A model generated the notes under the pieces. The model made no database searches and was not told the DNA's origin. It worked only from the letters and a program-made list of their open reading frames with translations. Shown here in pieces: positions 49,173 to 62,298 of a stretch of DNA of 64,000 nt (its first letter is position 1; each line of letters starts with the position of its first letter). This stretch comes from Microbotryum violaceum (taxonomy: Eukaryota), in the NCBI GenBank assembly GCA_001244265.2, contig CDLV01000017.1, forward strand, positions 124,001 through 188,000, given 5' to 3'. Made by a program: the position numbers and the translations under genes.

Positions 49173-50515
49173 TCATTCCCACCCCTTCCCAAACCATAAT
49201 CCTAATCTCCACAATGCCTTGAGCAGCGGTACGCTCTGTCGATCCGCTTCGCTCCTCGTACCAGGCCCATAAATACCAAACACGCCACCCTCGTTCCTCG
49301 TGAACTTCTTCTTCTTCGTCTGCGCTTGTGCTTGCGAAGCAAGCCACAACGCCTCCCTTTCAGCCTTGCTCAACCCCCTCTTCCTAAAGGTCCCCACCAC
49401 TTTGTCCAATTGTTCCACAACCAGATCGTTCAACGTCATTTCCTTCCCCTCGCTCGCTTCCATAGCTATTTTGCAAGCTTCATAACTCGAGGGAGGTAGT
49501 TGGACGGTGTTAAAATAGTCGCCTAGGGTATAGAGTGGGATCGGGAGCTTCGAAGGGTCGGAGGGTGCGAGAGAACCGAACCATTGTTCCGGACCATGTT
49601 CTTTGTTCGTCTCATCGTGGGTGCGTAGGTCTAGAATAGCTTTCAAGCCGCACACCTCCACCTCTTTCTTCACCTCCGAAAGCATTCCCAAGTCCTCCCC
49701 CTTGATCCTCCTAACGACCTTTGACAAAGCCTCTTCACTCGCCTGCTCTACAGGAACCGAAACGAGTCGTTTGTTCAACAGTACGATCTCCTGATGAACC
49801 CTTCGCGCAAGCGAGGATTCTATTCTTTGGAGTGTAGGTTCGAGGGCAAGAGAAGCTCGAGAGGATAATCGTTTGTAGCTTTCTATTTCGGTCAACGAAA
49901 CGAATCAGTACAGAATCTTCCCGTCCCGTAGACCTCCGGCTTAGGTGAACACGCACTTTTCTCACGCAACAACCTCACCCCTTCCTTCCAACACAAAGCA
50001 TAAACCGATCTTCCAGGTTGAGGATCGGAGAATCTCGGATGGAGGAGGGACGTTGGAGTTAGGGGGAGGGTCGAAGTTGAAGAGGGTTTGGGTTGAAGGA
50101 GTTTGAATTGGAGGAGGAAGTCTGCGTTACGGGGAAGAAGGGATGAAAACCAAGGTTTTGTACTGTTGGTGGGTGGGGGTAAAAGCGTACCTTTGGGAAG
50201 TACTTTGCGAGTCAAGAGATCCCTTCGAAGAGGGGAGGTGAGGATTGAAACTAGGTGATAATGCCACGTGGTACAACCACATGAGTTCAATCTCAAGACC
50301 GCCATCTGAACATCGCAGCTCAACTCACGATCAACATTCCCGTGCGCCTCATCCTTGTCCTCGTAGTTGGGCACTACGGGATGAGCCGGACCACGCCTGC
50401 GGGTACGAGGATGGGATCGCGTAGAGACAGGGGCATCGCTTGCGGAGGTGGGGGGTACCTGGTCGAGGAAGAGGATGGATCGGGAACGCGAGAGGACCCG
50501 TAGAGTGGGTATCAT
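49173..50515 (-). CDS. Hypothetical protein, possibly mitochondrion-targeted (3 exons)
   Basis: Arg/Ser-rich N-terminus MIPTLRVLSRSRS; long open exons with GT-AG introns (LLHPRF, YALCWKEG, VPLLKALWRLGLWFGKGWE). Confidence 0.65.
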
Positions 50516-50715
50516 GTCATTTTGAGGGTGGGAGGGGGAAAATGGGGGGAGGTGTCGGTCGTGTGGGGGGTTTGAAAGAGGGAAGGAGAGCGAGGAAAAA
50601 GTCCGGCGTGTCGCGCGGCGCGAACGAAGCGGAAGCGGCTTGCTTCTGGTCGCTTTCCTGCGTCCCTACCCACGCACACCCCACCTCAACCACGTCGACC
50701 GAGTAGGTTGCAACC

Positions 50716-51240
50716 ATGCCACGGATCCCTCGATCGCTCGTCCCATCCACATGGCTCCAAAGCACTTCCGCAACGTCCAACGTCGTCGCCGCACGCGCCT
50801 CGCTTCGTACAATTCGACCACAGGGCAGCGCACCACTCGCTAGTGTCACTACACCGAGAATCTCAACGGGGACGTCAGCCTTGTTCCCTCTCACATCAGG
50901 ATCCAGCACCCCAAGCACCTCAAGCCGCGTACTCAACAGCCTAGTGCCGACCAAGACCTCCCTCTCCTCCCTCTCCTCCCTCTCCTCCCTCTCCTCCCTC
51001 TCCTCCCTCCTCTCCCGACCCCGTCCATCAACCCTCCTGCACCTCCTCCCCCCTTCTATCCAACCCCCAATGCATCCCTCCCTCCTCCCTCCCCGTCTCG
51101 TCACTTACGGCTGCGAATACCAACCCTCGCAACTCAAGCGCAAACGCAAGCATGGATTTTTATCGCGCAAGAGGACCAAAAATGGGAGGAGGGTGTTGGA
51201 GAAGAGGTTCGCGAAGGGGAGAAAGTTTTTGAGCCATTAG
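50716..51240 (+). CDS. MRPL34: Mitochondrial ribosomal protein bL34m
   Basis: C-terminal [44 protein letters not shown] is the L34 signature; long Ser/Arg presequence. Confidence 0.93.
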   Translation: MPRIPRSLVPSTWLQSTSATSNVVAARASLRTIRPQGSAPLASVTTPRISTGTSALFPLTSGSSTPSTSSRVLNSLVPTKTSLSSLSSLSSLSSLSSLLSRPRPSTLLHLLPPSIQPPMHPSLLPPRLVTYGCEYQPSQLKRKRKHGFLSRKRTKNGRRVLEKRFAKGRKFLSH

Positions 51241-51626
51241 ATGGGAGATGATAGGATGGAGGTGGAGAACGAGTTGAAGACGGATGGAGGACTGGACCGG
51301 GAGGCGGCAGTGTGAGAGGATTGGGGGGGCGGGAGTAGCGGGAGTAGCGGGCGTAGATTGGCAAGCATACATGTACTCTGCAAGACGAAATCCAGCAAAA
51401 TCTATTGAGCCAACACAGCACATTCAGGAGAGAGAGAGAAGAGAGAGAAGAGGCATATCCGGTACCCCATTTCACCCCTAAAGAGCTTGAGCAAGGCTCC
51501 CGAATTGACAAACGAAAAACAGACAAGCACAAAATAACAAAAAACGTCCAAGTGTCTAAACGGTAAAACAAGAGCACAGAAAACAAACGCCTCCCCATCC
51601 AAAACTACCGCTACACCCCTTCAACG

Positions 51627-53376
51627 TCAAACCCTCTTTCTCCCCCCTCCTGCCCCAACTCCAGTCCCCGCTCTAACTCCAGCAGCCTGCGCCAATTCCC
51701 TCAACCACTGGTTCTCCTTGACCAAACCCAGCTTCTCCTTCTCCAACGCCTGTGCTCGAGCCCTCAACTGTGCGGAACTTTGTAACAATACGGCATCGCG
51801 TTGCTTTTTGCGGGCTCGGAAGCGGGCTGCGAGGATGATAGAAGGGGTCCAAGAGTCAGGGGATCATTCTCTCGAGAAATCCCTTCAATACGGTTGAAAA
51901 TATACCTGAAGCTTCGGTATTTCGCCTCCTCTTATCCTGCTCAATCTCCTCCGGCGTACCTTCCGTCAAAGGAGGACGCAAAGGATATTCATCTTGCAAC
52001 AACTCGTCGATGAGGGAAGGGTCCACCAAAGGTGGGGAAGGGGATCGCTTGCGTTGACGAGAAGAGATACTGGCTCGTCGGGAGAGAAAATCGGTTGATG
52101 GGCGAGGGTTCGAAGGGTCCTTTGAGTCGGAAGAGGTGGAGGAGGTAGGTGTGGAGGTCATGGTGAGTCCGACTCGACCGTCTAGAACGGCCGCGATCGA
52201 AGAAGCAGGGTTCACAACCCCTCCCACGACGAAAGGAGCTACAGTCGTCGATGCCGACGTTGTTGGCGCATTCGCTCGTCCAGGTGAGTCCATCAATAAG
52301 GAAGGATAAAAGCTCGACCAATCAAACTCGGGGCCTAGGTTGCCATCTCGCTCGTCGTCGATCTCTTGATCCTCCTCTCCCCCCGCGTCACCCGACCTCG
52401 AGCGATGGAATGGGAAGGGAGCTGCCGAAGAAACTCGGGCCGGACTCGCGCTCCCAGTGTTGTTGAAAGGCAAGGGTGTTCCGACATGCGACTTGAAGGC
52501 GACTTTTGCCCAGAGATCCAATTGCTGTTGAGCTTGAGCGAGTTCAGCGGCGCTATTCGAGTTGGGGGCAGAGTCGTGGATCGTGTTGAGGCCTTCCAAC
52601 CAAGAGGACGGGTCTCTAAGGGTGGACGAGCTCTGCTGTTGTGGCCGATGCTGTACGCCATGAAGAGCCGAAGAAAGAGGTTGGAACCGTCCCAATGAAT
52701 TTGTCGACGATGATGTCTCACCCTCGCTGCCCGTCGCCGCCGACCTTGCACCCCCCCGAGTCGACGCAGAATTCTCGTCCTCTTCGAGTGTCCTCTTCAA
52801 CCTCTTTGCCGCCGCAGCAGCTTCGACGCTCGCTTGGACGATCGCCTGTTGGCGTTGGAGCAACGTTTGAAGAATGGCGAGCTGTCGAAGATCGGCATCG
52901 AGGTCGTTGACTGAGACGGTCGTAGTTGGTGCGGGAGGCAGAGTTTGACCTCCTCCGACGGCGGTAGACGAGTCATGCGAGGTGTGGTACTGGCTTAGAC
53001 TGGATGGTATAGACGATGACCTTTCCAAAGGCCCGCGATGATTCGTCTTGATCTCGAACGGCTTCTTGGTCCCACGATTTGAGGTCAAAGCGGCGGCGCC
53101 ATAGGCACTGGCACTGTTACCCCTCTTGAGCAACGGGTGGACTAAAGCGGGAGGGTCGGTCGAGCCGTCGTCCTCATCCTCATCATCCTCTGCTTCCCGA
53201 TGTTGACCTGGACGTCCCGTAGACGCGTGATGCGAAAAATGATGCCTCTCCTCCGTCGCCGAAGTAGTACGATTATCACCAACTGCAGCAGGTGAATCAC
53301 TCGAGCCACGTGCACCTTGAACGAGAGTCGATGACACGCCGCCATCGGCGCCGGCCCGTTGCCGAAATTCGTACAT
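51627..53376 (-). CDS. bZIP transcription factor (MetR/Cys-3-like basic region)
   Basis: EQDKRRRNTEAS-intron-ARFRARKKQRDAVL..LRARAQALEKEKLGLVKENQWLRELA; QLDLWAKVAF motif upstream; TGA at 51627-51629. Confidence 0.85.
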
Positions 53377-54709
53377 AAGCAGAAGGAGCCAGGGGCTGGA
53401 TGTATGCGCTTTTTCTAGGGATCGTCGGTGACGGGGCGCTCGGTCCTTGTCGAATGAGGGTCGACGCGGAGGTTTGCAGGACTGGCCAAAGTTGTTGTTG
53501 TGTGAGGTGTAAGAGGGACACACGAAGGGTACCTATGTTGTGTTGGGCGTCTCGCGGAAGAAAATGCATCTTCTTTCAAGTGGCATCATACATGTGGGGA
53601 CTATCACCAGTGCCACCACGCTCAGCTGACACCGCGCTAGCGCGCGGCCGGGGAGTCTGAAAGGCTTGCGGGGGCTTCGTCAACTGGAGTGACAATGGCG
53701 TGATGGGCTTCGCCTGCTGGCTGAGCTGCCGACCCCCCTGAGCCCGCCCCGAGGCTGCGTGATCATCAGATGGGATCGGCAGGCCGTCTCAGTTTGCGGC
53801 CCCGCCCCTCACGGGTCTCTTACTTCGTCCCGTTGCACCACTATTTACACCATGGCCATGTTTTGCTATAGCATGTAGTAATGCATGACAAAATTTAAGC
53901 CCGGAGTTCCTGGGGTATCGCTGTATAAATGCTGCGTGACCCTCGGAGGAGAGCTCAAGGCTTCAGACTCAAGGTTTGCCGGATCACGCGATTCGCCGAG
54001 GGGGCGCAAGGCCACCTAGTGTGGGTGAAATATCGTTTTGGGCGGTGCTTAATCGGGAAGAGGTGTGTTCAGGATTTGGGGAGCTCTGCGAGGGACGTGT
54101 GCGGTCAGTACTACAGGGTCTCCGTATAGGCTCCGAGTCACTAGCTTCGTGCCCCGATTTGACTGAGTCGCGCCGAATCGCCTCCCTGGTACTTGCTCGT
54201 CGCCTGCTCACTGCCACTGCTGACCGCTCTCATCGTTCTTGCTTTCTTGCATTACGTCGAGCACAGCCACGCATCGGTGTTGGGCCGGCCACGTGAACTG
54301 CCGGGGACCGTAGGCATGTGGAACCAGATATCGCTTCAAGCTTTTCAGAGCCGAGCGTCTGTCTGGCAGGGGCAGTTGGTTGGCGGGCATGCACAGAGGA
54401 GTCACCGAACGAGACGCCCTCGAGTTGTGGAGTCCGGAAGGGGATAGCCCAAGTGGTCGCCGAATATGAATATATAAAATGCATTGGCGTTACCACAAGC
54501 AAGCAAGCAAGCGATGCTGAGCAGAGGACGGTCATAGTCGCTGGAGCTTCGCTTTAGAACTCGCCGAGCTGCGCATCCGAGTCCCCTGTGCAAACCGATC
54601 TTCTGCTTCGGACAGTGCAAAACGATAGCATTTGACGCCATAGTTGCAGTGAGTAAGCGTCCATGTAGACTACTATGTCAGCGGATGCCCGGATCGAGCA
54701 CTCCATTTC

Positions 54710-56111
54710 TCAATTTTCCTTCCCCTGCCTGATGCTCATCGTACGATAAGCCGCATAAGCATTCGAAACGACCTCATCCTCAAACTCGGGCATACCCTCA
54801 TACCCTTCCTCCAGCAAAACGACACTCATCCTCTCCAGCCTCTTGATCGTGCCTTTGCGATCCCCCGTCCTCCCTCCTTGCTTGACTTCCTTCGCCAATC
54901 GACTCAATTCCGCCCTTCGAAGGTCCGAAGCTTCGGTTTCTTGAGGGGAGGAGGTACATAAGGGGCAGAGACAGGAAGAGAAGCCAAATGAACTTTGGAG
55001 CGTTTTTTGCCGCTGAGTTCGGGATTGGGTGATGAGGGGGAGGTATTCGATCGTGATTTCGGACGAGGGGGCGATCGAGGTCAGGGGGTAGACTTCCATT
55101 CGAAGGGTGCGGAACTGCCCGGGGAAGAAAGTTCGTTTGAAAACATTGCCTCTTTAGTGAAGTAATGATATGTGATTGGTGCTGCAAACGTACATTCATG
55201 GCCTGTGCAGCATTCGGTCGACTGTCCGATGAGAAGAATTTTGCCTCGGGGTTCAGACTTTCGGCTGATTTGGCGGACCGAGTACTTTGACACCCCATGT
55301 GAGAACTCACCAGCTATGATTTATCCTGTGATGTATCGGGATATTTGCCTAGTTAGTCAGTCACATGAAGCATCCGCGATTGCTCACTGATCTTGGGGCC
55401 CCACATGGACCTCCGGGCCCCCCCTCCCCTCTTCTCCCCCTTCTACCCACTTCCTGCCCCCACCCCTCAAACTCACCTCGCAATTTTGGGAAACACCATT
55501 CCCACTACGATCCCTCCACTCTCCGGCAACTCAATCCCAAACCCATTCGTAGTTCTCACAGCCCTAACCCGATCCCTCGGTCCATCCCCATCACCTTCCT
55601 TGCTCACCTCCCCCGCCAAACTCAAATAAACCTTCTTCTTGTCGTCAGTCAAACGATCGAACAGTTTTTGCGCTTCTTGTTCGGAAAGACCTTGGGGCCA
55701 GATGCAGAGAGGTCGCTCGGCGATGAGGAGTTGGCCTAGAGTCAGGGAGGAGGAAGCGAACGCGCCGTAACCTGATCCTGAGGAGGTCGGCAGCACGGTC
55801 CAGGGGGGCGTGAGAGAGGAGGAGGAGGAGGAGGGGTCGTCTTCGTCGAGGGTTGTCAAGAGAACGGCGAGAAGGAGTGGGAAAACGTCGGGGGCTATGG
55901 AAGGGATTTCGGAAAAGGTGGAGGTGAGGGGGAACAGGAACGGAAGCGACGAGGTCGAGGACGAGGCGGCTGCTGAGGCTGCTCCTGTTGCTGTAGAGGA
56001 TGCCGAGGACCAAAATGAGCGACAAGTTGGGAGCCTAGTGGGTGTTGAACATGATGTGCGTATTGTGGCTGATGCTCGGCGCATGGACGTCCGGAGTGCT
56101 GCGTTCGCCAT
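54710..56111 (-). CDS. SET-domain methyltransferase
   Basis: GYGAFASSSLTLGQLLIAERPL, TNGFGI, VFPKIAR-INHSC-RPNA (split over micro-exons), SEITIEYL, post-SET FGFSSCLCPLC. Confidence 0.88.
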
Positions 56112-56435
56112 CGTTGGAGGATGATCTGAGAGAGACGACGACGAGCGACGACCTTGACACAGCCATCGATCAGGTATTTGAGTCGAATTTCAGCTCATAC
56201 AAGATACAAGCGGAAGTCTGTCAGATTACGCGGAATTACTGATATTTTAATTGAAGTGAAAGAACCTGACGGAAGCCGATACAAGATAAGCCCTAAGGAA
56301 AAACCATGAATACGACCACATAAAGCCCAGTCTCTCGGAGTTCCATCAGCCGTGACCCGAGTTGGCTGCCGACCACCAATCCGATATGGGCATCAGGTCC
56401 CCATTCCCAACACCAAAAGGGACCATTGAACGTCT

Positions 56436-59156
56436 CTACAACTCACTCTTCCAAGCCATCGCCCTATTGACGGCCCTGTTCCAGCCCGCAAACTTCCACT
56501 CGCGTTCCTGCGCGTCGATCGAAGGCATGAAGATGTCCATACCGAACTCGTTGACTTTGCGCAACGTTGACGGGTCCTCGAGGTCCCAACCGAAGAGGTT
56601 CAAGGCCGAACCGGCGAGCAGGGCCGCTCCTAGAGCTGTGGATCTGAGGTAGGCAATGGGACGAAACCAATGTCAATCACAGGCAGGTTTTTTGCCTAAC
56701 GCGAGCGAAAGTTTTTTCCTCGCCAACTCACTCCCTCATCGTCGGTCGTTCGACGCGAATGCCCAAAATATCGGCTTGCAACTGCATCGTTACATCACTC
56801 GACGTCATGCCTCCGTCAACCTTGAGCGCCTTCATGCCCCCCGCTCCGACAGCCTTGGGCTTAAAGTCCGCCTCGTCATCGCTGTCGCCGTCGTCTCGTC
56901 CATTCGAGACGCTGCCCTCAGGTGAAGCATGGCCCTGCGTGTCCTTGGTCATAGCTTCGAGGATTGCGCGGGTTTGGAAACAGGTCGCTTCCAACGTCGC
57001 TCGACAGATGTGGTGCTTGGTCGTATAGGTCGATAGACCGATCAACATCCCCGTCGCGGCCATGTCCCAGTAAGGGGCGAATAGGCCCGAGAAACCCTGC
57101 AGATGCCCGCAAGATGGTCAGTTGTTGAGACGACTCTAGTCCAAAACAAAGAGTTCGAGCCCTAAGACTGACCGTAACGAAGTAGACACCTCCCGTATCC
57201 TCGACCTCTTCGGCGAGCTCGCCAGCCTCTTTGGCATCCTTAATCAGGCCAAGGTTATCGCGTAGCCTAGAGAAGGAAGAAGCCCCACAGTCGGCAAGTC
57301 GGCTAGCTACCTTTGCCCTAACGAGACTATACCAGGCAAGCTCTTGAGTGACGTACCATTGCACCGACGATCCGCCTACTGCAACCGATCCTTCCAGCGC
57401 ATAAGCAATCTGGGCGTTCGGCCCGGCCTTGTAGCCAACCTGCAAGACCCAAAAAGTTACTATCGAGGATCAGATTTCAGAGCGCCTCGGACTTTTCCAA
57501 GATGGTCGCCAAGGTACTCGCTGTTGTGAGCAAGCCATGCGCCGATTTGACAATATCTCTTCCGGTGTTGTAGAGCCTATTCGAACCCAAGTCCAAAAAT
57601 CAGCTTTCGGTCTTCCCCACCCGCAGCGCCATCGTTTCACTGACATGAAGCATCCCGTGCCATATGTCTGTTTGGCGCTCCCTCTCTCCAGGCACTTGTT
57701 CCCCACCAACGCAGCCTGTTGATCCCCGACCAGCCCAGCAATCGGGATTCCTTCCAAAATATGACCCTTGAAGAATTGACCATACTTCTCAGCGTTGGAA
57801 GCGAGCGTTGGCAAAGCCGAACGAGGCAAGTTGAAGAATTCGAGCAGTTGGTCGTCCCATTGTTGCGTGTGCAGGGAAAGCAACAACGTACGCGAGGCGT
57901 TCGTCAAGTCCGTGATGTGTTTTCCAGTTTTGACACCTCCCGTGTAGTTCTGTAATGTCCGGCGGCATGCTCAGTACTTGCTTCAAGCGTGTATCCGAGC
58001 CAAACTAGTCTGACCCACCCAGAGGAGCCAGGCATCGACGGTACCGATCATCAAGTTGCCGTTCTCCTTGGCCTCTTGTACCTCCTTGCAGTTCTCCAAT
58101 AGCCAAGCGTATTTCGTCGCCGAGAAGTAAGTGCTGTTGAAGGGGAATGATGTCAGACACGATGAGCTCAAGAGCGTCAAGGTTTCGGAATCACAAACCT
58201 GAAAGGTAGTCCAGTGATGACCCGTACGGCGTCTTCTCCCTTCATGTCCCCATCTGGTGTGTTGAACGTGACCGAAGCGGCTCGCTCCTTCAAAGCTCGA
58301 ACGGTCGCGGCGTTACGAGCGTCGGGCCAAGCGACTGCAACAGCAAAAATGGGGCTCATCGTTTCCGTCAGCTCCACCACGCCCCGACCTACGAACAAAG
58401 CCCATAAGGTAAAAGCTTACTAGCATTGTGTAAAGGCTTGCCCGTCGTCCTATCCCACACGACCGTCGTCTCCCTCTGCACGGCGATACCAACCCCCTTG
58501 ATCATAGACTGTTTGTATCCAAGCCCTTGAAACTCTTTAAGCGTTTGGACGATGCATGCGTCGATGCATTTCGTGTACGTCAAAGGGTCGTGTTCGTGCC
58601 AGCCTGGTTCGGTATAAACTGTGTTCGAACAGAAGGGAGGAGGTCACGGAGAAGAGGGGTGGAAATAGGAGTGTTTGACGTCAGCCCCATGGCCCCATGA
58701 CCGATCGAAAAGCGGGGAAATGCCTGGGCTCCTCTCGCGCGCGAAACAGTGGGTGGGGTGCGGCACGTGATGAACAGAGATATGAGGGTCGAGCTGCCTT
58801 ACGCTGTTCGAATTCCTTTTGGTGCCAGCAGATGACGTTGGCGTATTGGTCAAAGATGTAGAATCGACACGAACTTGTACCGCAGTCGATGGAGCTAGGT
58901 TTAGGCCAACGTCAGATCAGTGCTCCCGTTGCTTCCTCGAGTGCTTCTCCCTCTCCCCGGGAACACACCCGATGAACTCTGACTCGGGGTTGACGGGTCG
59001 TTGAGGTGAGGAAGCCCTGGAGCCAGGGATGGAAGTGGATCCCCTGTTGGCCAAGGGTGGTCGGTTGATGGAGACGGCCGAGCCTCGTCTCGAAGTGACG
59101 CGCGAGGTAGGTGGGGAAGACGTCGGCGTCATCGTCAACGCGAAAACGGACGACAT
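56436..59156 (-). CDS. GUT1: Glycerol kinase (FGGY family)
   Basis: [97 protein letters not shown] at 56436-56438. Confidence 0.95.
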
Positions 59157-60344
59157 CGTGCGCGAACTCAAGCGGGTGAGGTGGCAGCTGCTAGTGTTGA
59201 CGAAAACTCGTCGAAGCAAGGACGACAGGTTGGGCGCAAGGCAACGTAGCGGAGTCGCCGCCAGTTCAAAGCAGGAGCAGCGTTGCAGGATGAGCAGGAG
59301 AACCAAAGTGACGCCGGAGAGCCAGGCCGAGCGCGACCGAGCGCCGCGAAGAGAACAACAGCTCGGGAAGCGAGACGGAGGCGAGAGCACTGCCTGTCAG
59401 TCATCATCATTCCATCGTGGCTCGGACTAGGAGCCGCACTTACCTGGCAGGACCTCGAGGGGAGATGGCACATAGAACCCAAGAAGCGATTCCATCATTC
59501 CAAGCAAGTTGGAGACTTAGTCTCCGTCGACGGCCCCACCGGAACCTGGGCCGCTGGCCCGCTTTTGCCGGCTCAAGCGCTCAAGCTCCGGCAACGCTTG
59601 CCGACCCCGGCGTGCCCCTTTTTATTTTTGACGCCGTTTTTTTTACACAACTTGATCAGCCGCAGGAAGATCTTAGACATTACAACTCTTTGATAGACTT
59701 TTCTGAATATTTTCTGCACACCTCCGCGCGCACCAAGCCCCTATCTATCGGCACTCTGGCACCCAGGCGTCCAGGCACCGGCCCCGGCACGTAGCTCGAA
59801 AGCCTGAGCCCTCCAGTCACCTCAGACGAGCACCACACACCTCCAAACCATACAAGAAAGCTCCTCATTTTGTTCATCACTGCACCTTCTTCGTCGGTGA
59901 CTTCCTCAGCCTCAACTTGGCGACGGTCTCATTCCGCGAGTCAGCTCGGCGGCGTACCCGGCGGGATAGCGCAGACTGTGGACGATGTAGCCGTACGAAT
60001 CGTGCATGATCCACAGCGGGATGAATACCCAGCTATATAGATAGAGGTGAGCCATCAAGTGAGTGAGACTGGTCGGATGAAGGTCAGAACCGTTGGCGAA
60101 CAACTCACATGAGGTTTTTCAACACCGAGGCGTAAGTGATGACTCGGATGTACTGGCATGCGCACGGCGAATCATGCGTCAGACGCACCAGAAATGCAAC
60201 CAGTTGCTCGTGTGCAAGTTCTTGTTACCCGTGATCCACTCGGGGCAAAACTAGTATTTTCCGCATCACGAAACTTCGCTTCAGCCTCGGATTTGCGCAT
60301 GGGAACGCAGCGTTGGTGCTCATGGTCATAAAGCCGCCATATAA

Positions 60345-60704
<360 letters not shown>

Positions 60705-60747
60705 TAGAAATCGCTCTTGTCTTCCTTCTGCAATCTTGATCTCATAG

Positions 60748-61218
<471 letters not shown>

Positions 61219-62298
61219 TGACGGGGGGAAGGGGACCAGTAGAAGGGGAGGGGGCCTTCAAAGATGCTGTCTAACGACGACGATGATGCGTGTCAGCCAT
61301 TTGGCGACAGCAACCCCACCGTCGTGCTCAATCTTGCAGCCCCACCGCATGCACCCGACGCGTCGTTCCTCTCCACAAAGCACGCTTCTCATGTCATCCC
61401 TGATCCAGACCGACTCACAGATGAATCAAAAGCATCGAACGCAAGCCAAACGAACGTCACCCGATCCTTTGACCCCGCGGTCTTGGGCAACAATGTTCGT
61501 GCGGCGGCAAAGGCCGTTCCGACTGAGGATCATGATCGTGCCGGCGAGGAAATAGAACGAGACGGCTGTAAAAAGAGCGGGCTCGGACATCGTTTTGCTC
61601 TCGATGCAACGGAGTTTAACGGCAATCTGAACGCTGTGAGGACGGAGGCTGGATCGCCACGCGAAGCGAGAGCTTACCCTGGGACGTTCATCAAGCTCCT
61701 CGGAGACATATCCAGCAAGACTCGCCGCACTCTTTGAGCGAAAACACGACTAGACTGACTAGCTTCAACAAAGATCACTTTCTTAAACTGTGTTCTTTTA
61801 GATCAGAATGGCTACACCGCTCATCGCGCTACGGATTGGTAAAGATCGTCCCTTCCGATGATTCTCGCGTGAAACCTGGGGGAAATTAGGATCCAAGCGC
61901 ACGTCCTCGCGTAGAGCATACCATCGGTCCGGTGCGTGGACCACAACTTCGTGTAAACCCCTAACTGGCGTCCGGCAGTGACCCACGCGCTGCGGTACGC
62001 TTGCGGTGATAGGTCGATTCGGACAGCTTTCATATCAGGCTTGCTCGGGGGAATCGTATTTATGAATAGCACTCGCTGTACAGCGGCTCCGGATCCATTC
62101 GGCTTCCCGTCAGTCAGTCACCGAAACCAGTCCTAGTCGCTCGCGGCGAGGTGATCATGAATTAAGAAAACTTGGATTAATGCAAGATGCGATAGAAGGT
62201 GTCATGAAAAGAAGTACGAAACTAACGAAGCGGAAGAGAACGAAGTCAAGCTAATGTACTGCTAAGCGTAAGAAAGAAAGACGTCATGTACCCGCCCA

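Noticed and set aside
54193-54447. 84-aa ORF with hydrophobic N-terminus downstream of TATAAA (~53924)
   Set aside because: Starts at TTG, with no supporting ATG exon or recognisable motifs; cannot be supported
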